64,000 nucleotides of DNA, taken from positions 18,633 to 82,632 of the forward strand of contig CALIJJ010000060.1 in the NCBI GenBank assembly GCA_938017515.1. Reading direction: 5' to 3'. The stretch comes from an uncultured Pseudanabaenaceae cyanobacterium. GTDB lineage: Bacteria > Cyanobacteriota > Cyanobacteriia > PCC-9006 > JAAUQQ01. Every line of letters begins with the position of its first letter. The first letter of the stretch is position 1. A model generated the notes under the pieces. The model was not told the DNA's origin, did not search any database, and saw nothing but the letters and a program-made list of their open reading frames with translations. A program made the translations under genes and the position numbers. This document shows, piece by piece, positions 57,860 to 64,000 of the stretch.

Positions 57860-59596
57860 CTACAAACGTTGGATGGAGCGGTGGGGATGAAGCGGTGGGG
57901 AGATCGGGGTATGAAGGTCCAGCGATCGCACCTCGCTCCCCTCAATCCTTCGAATCCGGTGATTATTGGTATCTGCAATCAACAAGCTGTCTTCCCAGTG
58001 CCCCATCCCCGACGGTTCCGCGAACATGGCCGCTGAATCTAGGCCATCCCGGTATCCGGCTTGTCCTGTGCCATGGTGGGTTTGGCAATCGCCTGTGTTG
58101 GGATTGACGCGCTTGATGCGGTGGTTGTAAGTGTCGGCGACCCAGAGAAATCCTTGGTGGTAGCTCAAGCCGAGACAGTGTTGGAGCCGTACGTCTTCGC
58201 CGCTTCCGTCGCGATCGCCCCAGCCAAACAACATGCCGCTGCCACACACCGTACGCACTTGGGGATTTTTGCCGAGTTCGACCGCGCCGAGCCCAACTGC
58301 GCGAATGGAGCTGGTCTCTGCATCCGCCACAAATAGCTCGTTCCCATCTGTCGCTAACCCACTGGGTTGGGCGAATGCTGCCCTGAGCAGTGCGCCGTCG
58401 GCCCAGCCTTCCGCACCGCTGCCTGCGTAGGTTTCGCATTGGCCACTCTCCAACGCCAGTCGCCAAATTTGATGGGTTCCGGCCATGGCAATGAACAGGT
58501 GACGGTCCACCAAGGCCAAATCCCAGGGAGAATTCAGCGCCACGGCTTTGGCTTGGCCGCCGTGGGGGTGGAGAAACCGACTCTGCTGTCCGGTACCTGC
58601 GATTGTCCTGACCTGTGGCCCTTGGGCTGACAGCTGTCCTGGGGGCTCTTGCGACTCTGCTTGCATTTCTGTTTGCCAATTCAAAACGCGTACGACATGA
58701 TTGCCGGAATCAGCGATGTAAAGCTGCTGGGTGGCATCGTCCCAGGCCATTCCCTGGGGATAGCAAAATTGAGCGCGATGGCCGGGACCATCCGTCCAAC
58801 CTGATGCCCCCGTTCCGATGCTGTCGATCCATTGGCCGGTCAGGGTTGTGATGACGATGCGGTGATTGCTGGAGTCCGCGATGAACAGATAGGGCTGTTC
58901 TGCATGGTTCGGTTGAGCCACGCAGATGTTCCCAGGGAAAGATAGTTCCCTGGGAGAGGAGGCGCTAAGGCCACTATTGCTGCTCCGTTCGCAGTGCCGA
59001 GTGGGTTCTGGCAGCCTACTTATCTGGCTTGTGTTGGTCGGGTTTGTGCTGGTCGGGTTTGTGATGGCTGGGCTTGTATTGCTCGGGGTGGTGCCGGACC
59101 CACCCGCATTTTGACTGAGTAATTTGCTGATCAGCGCCGAGATTTTTTCCCCACGCCCTTCGCCGACGAATTGGCCTGCGATGTAGCCCCTGGCGTCAAT
59201 GACAACGACGGTTGGCCAGGCTCGAATTGCGTACTGTTGCCAGACCTGGAAATCGCGATCGCACAAAACCGGATGTCGGATGCCGTAGCGCCGCAGGGCC
59301 TGTTGCACCTGGGCTGGCTCCGCTTCATGGTCAAACTTTGCGGAGTGAATGCCGAGGAGCGTGATGCGATCGCCATAGGTTGCTTCCAGTGCCGCTAGCT
59401 CCGGCAACATATGGAGGCAGTTGATGCAGCCATAGGTCCAAAAATCGAGCACCACAATTCCTCCCCGCAATTCAGCCAAAGAAAGACCCCCCACAGAGCA
59501 CTCCTCAGACCGCTGTGAGGGGATTGCTGTAGAGGGTTCTTCTCCAGATGTCATGAGCCACTGAGCATCACTGGGAAATTCAGGGGCACGGACCAT
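57860..59596 (-). CDS. thioredoxin-fold (TlpA/AhpC-TSA-like) plus NHL-repeat beta-propeller protein (NHLRC2-like)
   Basis: 578 aa. VVLDFWTYGCINCLHMLPEL (CxxC), a Thr/Ser/Pro/Asn linker, then repeated NHL-type units (YIADSGNHVVRV, FVADAETSSIRAV, WVADTYNHRIKRV, LIADTNNHRIRRI). Confidence 0.85.
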   Translation of the reverse strand: MVRAPEFPSDAQWLMTSGEEPSTAIPSQRSEECSVGGLSLAELRGGIVVLDFWTYGCINCLHMLPELAALEATYGDRITLLGIHSAKFDHEAEPAQVQQALRRYGIRHPVLCDRDFQVWQQYAIRAWPTVVVIDARGYIAGQFVGEGRGEKISALISKLLSQNAGGSGTTPSNTSPAITNPTSTNPTNTSQISRLPEPTRHCERSSNSGLSASSPRELSFPGNICVAQPNHAEQPYLFIADSSNHRIVITTLTGQWIDSIGTGASGWTDGPGHRAQFCYPQGMAWDDATQQLYIADSGNHVVRVLNWQTEMQAESQEPPGQLSAQGPQVRTIAGTGQQSRFLHPHGGQAKAVALNSPWDLALVDRHLFIAMAGTHQIWRLALESGQCETYAGSGAEGWADGALLRAAFAQPSGLATDGNELFVADAETSSIRAVGLGAVELGKNPQVRTVCGSGMLFGWGDRDGSGEDVRLQHCLGLSYHQGFLWVADTYNHRIKRVNPNTGDCQTHHGTGQAGYRDGLDSAAMFAEPSGMGHWEDSLLIADTNNHRIRRIEGSEVRSLDLHTPISPPLHPHRSIQRL

Positions 59597-59617
59597 AGGA
59601 AATATCAGAAGAGAGGA

Positions 59618-62600
59618 TTAGGAACCGAAGATGTCAGCAGCCTTGGCGGTGTCGCGCTTTTCCTGAATGCCGCTGCTGCCAAAGATATCGCGGGCATTTT
59701 CCTTATTGGGGATATCAGGATCGAGGGTCTTTAGCTCACGCTCGAAGCGCTCAAAGGCCTTGTCGAAGTTGACCTCCGGTTCCTCGGTGGTGGATTTTGG
59801 GGTGGAGGATTTCTTGGTAGAGGGCTTTTGCTGAGCGGTTTTTTCTGACTGCTTCGTTGACGATGACTGAGATGCCGTTTCCGATTTCTCTGCTGTGTCC
59901 TTGGTCGTTATGTCTGAAGACTTGGGTTTGCTCTTTTGAGTTGTGCTGTCTTTGCGTCCCAAGAAATCAAAGAAAGAGGATTGCTTTTTCTCTGAAACCT
60001 GTTTCTGTCCCGTGGTTGTCTTAGGGGTAGCTGTGGCAGATGTTTTGCTGCTATCGGCAGCTTTTGCTGTTGGCAAGGGCTGGGTTGTGTCAGCCTTCTT
60101 CGTTGCTTCAGTCTGCTTAGAAGAATTTGCCGTTGCTTTAGCCTTCGGCTGAGTCTCAGTCTTGGGCTTCGCCGCTGGTGGGATGGCTGTTTTGTTCTCA
60201 GGTAACTTGCTCTCAGGTAACTTGCTCTCGGGGACCTTGCTCCGCTTGCCAAAGAAATCAAAGGCAGAATTCTGCTTTGGTTTTGCTTCTGGATTGGTTT
60301 TGGCTGCAGGACTCGTTTTTGGGGCTGTGTCTATAGGTTTCTTCTCGGTTTTGGCCGCTGGAGCAGTGGTTTTGGTTGCTGGAGCAGTGGTTTTGGGAGC
60401 TGTTGTTGCTTTGGGGGCGGGAGCACTAGGCACGACAGGCTTAGGTGTGGGAGCTGTCGCTGCTTTTGGAGCCGGGGGAGCGACTTTGGGGGCCGTTACG
60501 GGCTTTGGAGCCTGAGGGGCTTTTGGTTGAACTGCTGCTGGGGCAGGGCTCTCTGGTGCCTTGGCCGCTGGCTTTGCGGGGGCTTGCTGCCAGAAGGGTT
60601 TTGGACTGCTGCTCGGCTTTGGAGCGGCTTTGGGAGTGACGGGTAAGGGGGCTGCAGGCTTAGGGGCGAGCCGTTGGGGCGGTGCTTTTTGGGGGCTAGG
60701 CTGCACCGGCTTTGCCATGGGAACCGCAGGCGAGGCCTGAGGCTTGGCTGCTGGCGTGATGCCTGTGGCCGGAGCTGGTTTGTTCGGAAGCGCAGACTTC
60801 TTCAGATCTTTAGATACAGGGGGCTTCAGGTCGCTCGGTGCCTTCCCACTATTCGGAGTTTTGACTTCTTTAGGTGTGTTTGCTTTGGTAGGTGTGTTTG
60901 CCTTGGGCTGTTGGAAGCGTTGCCAGAATGGCTTGCTGTCCGACTTGGCTTGAGGTGCTGGGTTGGTTTTCTTTGTTTCGGGTTTCACGGCCTCTGATTT
61001 CACCTGGGCTGCTTCTGGAGCCTTGGTTGATGCTTGAGGCGCTGGCGTCACATTGTTGGGTTTGGCAGGGGTTGGTTTGGCAGGGGTTGGTTTGGCAGGG
61101 GCTTTCGTCACCGCAGAAACGGGCTTCTCAGCTTTTTCGGCCTTGGGTGCTGTCAGAGATTGAGGCGCTTCCATCGGCTTGGATGGCGGAGTCACGATGG
61201 GCTTATTGGTTTCGTCTGACTGGAATCGTTGCCAAAACGGTTTCTTCTCTGGCGTTGCGGGCTTCTCCGCTTTTTGAGTCCTTGGCTGGGTCGTCGGTTG
61301 AGTGGCAGTTGTGGGTGGGCTGATAGGCTTTTTCGCCGTTGGCTTTGCTGCCTCGACTTTCTTGGGCTCGATTTTTTGAGCCTCAGGCTTCTTAATCTCA
61401 GGCTTTGTAACGACCGGAGCTTTGACCGTGGGTGGCTTCGCTGCGGGTTGCTTGGTTTCGGGCTTGATGACGGTCGGCTTCACCGTTGGTGTTGGAACGG
61501 AGCGAGGTTGGGCCGCTGGTGCGATCGCGGGAGTGCTTGGGAGAGGTGCCTTTTCGGATTTTGGTGCCGTCAAATCCGTTGGAACGCCTTGGGGTTTTGA
61601 GGGAGGCGTGACAATGGGCTTGTTCTCGGTTGATTGGAATCGCTTCCAGAATGGCTGTTTCTCAGCTTTCTGATTCTCAGCTTTCTGCTCCGTCTTAGGC
61701 TCGACTTTCGATGCAGAGGGGGATTGCTTTTCTAAAGCCTTATCGTTTGTGAGTTTTGCCGGTGCCTTGGTTGCTGGTTTGGCGTCCGCTGGCTTGGGGG
61801 GGATTGGCTTGGCTTCGGTTTTCTTCGCTGGAGGTGTGATCGCAGGCGCCACCGAAGGTTCTGGAACAGGAGGTATAACGACGGGTTTGGGTGCAGCCGC
61901 TGGTTTCTTCTCAGCCTGAGTTACTTTGCCGGGTTCGACCTGCTTGCTAGCCCCTTTCTGAATATCAGGTTTTGGCGCAATGGCCTTGGGCGCAGTGGGT
62001 TTGGGAGCTACTGGCTTGGGCGCTACTGGCTTGGGCGCAGTTGCTTTTTGGCTGGGGGTGACTGGCTTTGTTTCCCTAGTTTTTGTTTCGCCAGTTTTTG
62101 CTTTCTCAGATTTTGATTCGCCAGTTTTTGTTTCGCCGGTCTTCGCTTTGTTGGCAGGGGAGACCTTTGGCGTTGCAGCAGGAGTCGTCTCGGACTGCTT
62201 GCCGAAACGTTTCCAGAACGGAGTTTTCTCCGACTTCGTTTCTGCTTTTACTGCTTCTTTTTTCGTGGGGGTTGGTTTGGGAGTGGTTGGCTGGGTCTCG
62301 ATCTTCTTCGCTGGAGGTGCGATCGCAGGCGCCACCGAAGGTGCTGGAACAGGAGGAATGACGACGGGTTTGGGTGCAACCGCTGGTTTCTTCTCAGCCT
62401 GAGTTGCTTTGCCGGGGTCGACCTGCTTGCTAGCCCCTTTCTGAATATCAGGTTTTGGCGCAATGGCCTTGGGCGCAGTGGGCTTAGGTGCTACTGGCTT
62501 AGGTGCTACTGGCTTAGGTGCTACTGGCTCAGGTGCAGTCGCTTTTTGGCTGGGGGTGACTGGCTTTGTTGCACTAGTTTTTGTTTCGCCAGTTTTTGCT

Positions 62601-64000
62601 TTCTCAGATTTTGTTTCGCCAGTTTTTGTTTCGTCGGTCTTCGCTTTGTTGGTAGGGGAGACCTTTGGAGCTTCAGCGGGAGTGGCCTCGGTTTTCTTGC
62701 CGAAGCGTTTCCAGAACGGAGTCGTCTCTGTTTGGGCGTCTTCCTTCTTCGTTGATTTGGGTTGGGTGGGGTTTACTGCGGGCTTAGCCTCGGTATCCCT
62801 TGAAGTCTTGCTTTCCGCTTTTGGGCTTGCCTGTTGCTGTGATGCTGAAGGCTTCGATTCTGAAGGCTTTTTCGCGTCCTGAATTTTTGACGTATCGAGC
62901 GGTGGGGATTCTAGCTTGGGAGCAACCTTGGGTTTTGGAGCGGAAGGTGCCGGAGAAATCTTTGGGGCGATCGGTGCAGGAATCGGAACGGGGACGATGG
63001 GAGGAATGGCTTTACTGCCGGATGCATCGTTCTGCGGCTGAGCTTCGGATGGCTGGACTTCGGATGGCTGAGCTTCGGATGGCTTAGACGCTGGCTTTAC
63101 GCCTTGACTCGGCGCAATTCTTTCGGCAGGTGCCTTATCTGCTGGGAGCTTGGGTGCTTCGGGGGCTGGTTCAGGTTCTGCGTAAATGGGAGGTACGTAG
63201 TCTGGATCAACGATGCCGAGGGCATTCTTGAGGGAAATCTGGTTGCGTGATAGCCGTGCCAGAGGCTCCTGACCGTCGGGCTGATAGTCGATGAGGCTCA
63301 CGCCTGTGTTGAAGACATTGTTAACAACGTCGCCATTTTCATCGAGAAATTCTAGCTTCAGCCAGTTCTTTCCCTTTTTGAATCCCTTTAGGTAGATGGG
63401 CTGCCAGCGATCGAGCAAAAAGCTCTCCCCATTGATCGTGCAGCGAATCCGCCAATCCGCCACGTCTTCCTCATCCTTGGCCACAAAGTGGAGAGGGGCA
63501 TTCGTCAGATAGTAATCCAGCAGAATGGGCTCTGCACCGTAGTGACCCCGAGGGCGGCTGTAGGTAATCAGCGGCAGGTTGGGATCGGGGATGTTGGTCT
63601 GGGTTTGGGTGAAAACGTGAAACGTTTGCTGAACGTAGGCACCTTCATTTTTGAAGCTTTCATCCCAAGGGCGCGCTGCAAAGGCCCGAAGGGTATGGCT
63701 ACCGGGTTCTAAGTCTTCGATGATGAGGGGCTGGCTCAGGTCGTAGAGCTCACTGTGAAACTTGTCATCGATAAACACATCGATGTGGGGGCCAAGGCCC
63801 AGTCGTTCGTCTTTAAACAGCTTCAAGTCTGAGAGTTTGAGGCGAACTTCAACACGGTTATCATCCAGCACTGTGTTGGCTTTGGGGCTAATGACCTGAA
63901 GCTGGGGCTGGTTGTCTGCGAGCGATCGCCGTAACTCTTGAATGACGGCTGGGGTCGAGACCTCTGAAATACTGCTACGCCGACTCTCCGGTTGAAGAGC
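59618..64000 (-). CDS. giant Pro/Lys/Ala/Thr-rich repeat protein with folded N-terminal domain (5-prime end outside window)
   Basis: The track ORF starts at GTG 63871, but the frame stays open to base 64000, so the N-terminus is probably beyond the window. About 270 aa of ordinary-composition sequence (63100-63900) is followed by about 1150 aa of low-complexity repeats. These contain six PFW(K/Q)(R/Q) motifs (PFW(K/Q)RF in five) and two FDF(F/L)G motifs. Confidence 0.8.
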   Translation of the reverse strand, partial: ALQPESRRSSISEVSTPAVIQELRRSLADNQPQLQVISPKANTVLDDNRVEVRLKLSDLKLFKDERLGLGPHIDVFIDDKFHSELYDLSQPLIIEDLEPGSHTLRAFAARPWDESFKNEGAYVQQTFHVFTQTQTNIPDPNLPLITYSRPRGHYGAEPILLDYYLTNAPLHFVAKDEEDVADWRIRCTINGESFLLDRWQPIYLKGFKKGKNWLKLEFLDENGDVVNNVFNTGVSLIDYQPDGQEPLARLSRNQISLKNALGIVDPDYVPPIYAEPEPAPEAPKLPADKAPAERIAPSQGVKPASKPSEAQPSEVQPSEAQPQNDASGSKAIPPIVPVPIPAPIAPKISPAPSAPKPKVAPKLESPPLDTSKIQDAKKPSESKPSASQQQASPKAESKTSRDTEAKPAVNPTQPKSTKKEDAQTETTPFWKRFGKKTEATPAEAPKVSPTNKAKTDETKTGETKSEKAKTGETKTSATKPVTPSQKATAPEPVAPKPVAPKPVAPKPTAPKAIAPKPDIQKGASKQVDPGKATQAEKKPAVAPKPVVIPPVPAPSVAPAIAPPAKKIETQPTTPKPTPTKKEAVKAETKSEKTPFWKRFGKQSETTPAATPKVSPANKAKTGETKTGESKSEKAKTGETKTRETKPVTPSQKATAPKPVAPKPVAPKPTAPKAIAPKPDIQKGASKQVEPGKVTQAEKKPAAAPKPVVIPPVPEPSVAPAITPPAKKTEAKPIPPKPADAKPATKAPAKLTNDKALEKQSPSASKVEPKTEQKAENQKAEKQPFWKRFQSTENKPIVTPPSKPQGVPTDLTAPKSEKAPLPSTPAIAPAAQPRSVPTPTVKPTVIKPETKQPAAKPPTVKAPVVTKPEIKKPEAQKIEPKKVEAAKPTAKKPISPPTTATQPTTQPRTQKAEKPATPEKKPFWQRFQSDETNKPIVTPPSKPMEAPQSLTAPKAEKAEKPVSAVTKAPAKPTPAKPTPAKPNNVTPAPQASTKAPEAAQVKSEAVKPETKKTNPAPQAKSDSKPFWQRFQQPKANTPTKANTPKEVKTPNSGKAPSDLKPPVSKDLKKSALPNKPAPATGITPAAKPQASPAVPMAKPVQPSPQKAPPQRLAPKPAAPLPVTPKAAPKPSSSPKPFWQQAPAKPAAKAPESPAPAAVQPKAPQAPKPVTAPKVAPPAPKAATAPTPKPVVPSAPAPKATTAPKTTAPATKTTAPAAKTEKKPIDTAPKTSPAAKTNPEAKPKQNSAFDFFGKRSKVPESKLPESKLPENKTAIPPAAKPKTETQPKAKATANSSKQTEATKKADTTQPLPTAKAADSSKTSATATPKTTTGQKQVSEKKQSSFFDFLGRKDSTTQKSKPKSSDITTKDTAEKSETASQSSSTKQSEKTAQQKPSTKKSSTPKSTTEEPEVNFDKAFERFERELKTLDPDIPNKENARDIFGSSGIQEKRDTAKAADIFGS
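61821..62723. repeat. near-identical tandem duplication of about 0.5 kb inside the giant gene
   Basis: 61821-62225 and 62304-62723 align almost base for base, at offset 483 nt. The offset becomes 498 nt after an extra 15-nt GGCTTAGGTGCTACT-type unit in the second copy. Confidence 0.85.

Noticed and set aside
59943-63087. Numerous plus-strand ORFs (Gly/Leu/Val/Phe-rich, for example 60162..60515, 61980..62402, 62463..62882) and the possibility of a CRISPR-like array in the repeats
   Set aside because: They are antisense readings of the Pro/Lys/Ala repeat gene. The repeats are in-frame coding repeats without unique spacers, so this is not a CRISPR array.

Overview
The window is a cyanobacterial chromosomal segment. 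HIP1 palindromes (GCGATCGC) occur throughout, GC looks like about 55 percent by eye, and the photosynthetic gene content fits. All family calls come from motifs I recognise in the translations; no database search was run.

Most of the window is ordinary core genome:
- the atp1-atpI-atpH-atpG-atpF-atpD-atpA-atpC operon on the minus strand (13977-20145), with a clean terminator
- the phycobilisome core cluster apcE-apcA-apcB-apcC (22048-26137)
- ftsW-ccdA-ccs1, queF, glnB (TTG start), miaB and moeB/moeZ
- a JAMM protein fused operonically to a polar amino-acid ABC transporter
- fructosamine kinase, M16 peptidase, a DEDDh exonuclease and a Xi-class GST
- an unannotated hli gene with an HLR1 box
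- ndhD, an M50 site-2 protease, a GT2-like protein, cbiX and cbiG-cobJ
- two divergent hybrid histidine kinases

No tRNA, rRNA, CRISPR array, transposase or integrase was seen.

The parts worth a second look are:
1. A giant disordered Pro/Lys/Ala-rich protein of more than 1460 aa (59618 to the window edge). It carries regularly spaced PFW(K/Q)RF short motifs and a recent tandem duplication of about 0.5 kb. It lies 21 nt upstream of a thioredoxin-NHL gene.
2. An orphan HslV/proteasome-beta-like Thr peptidase fused to a histone-H1-like KA-rich tail (56993-57796).
3. A stand-alone NACHT/STAND NTPase with a hydrophobic N-terminus and a split, degenerate FGE-sulfatase-like region (347-3337).
4. A roughly 200 nt structured RNA with its own intrinsic terminator upstream of cbiX (54113-54310). 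It may be a divergent cobalamin riboswitch.
5. The SBP-permease-JAMM-MoeZ gene string, which has no visible sulfur-carrier gene. MoeZ also carries a 36 aa charged insertion.

I cannot show that any of these is a new system. They are ranked hypotheses.
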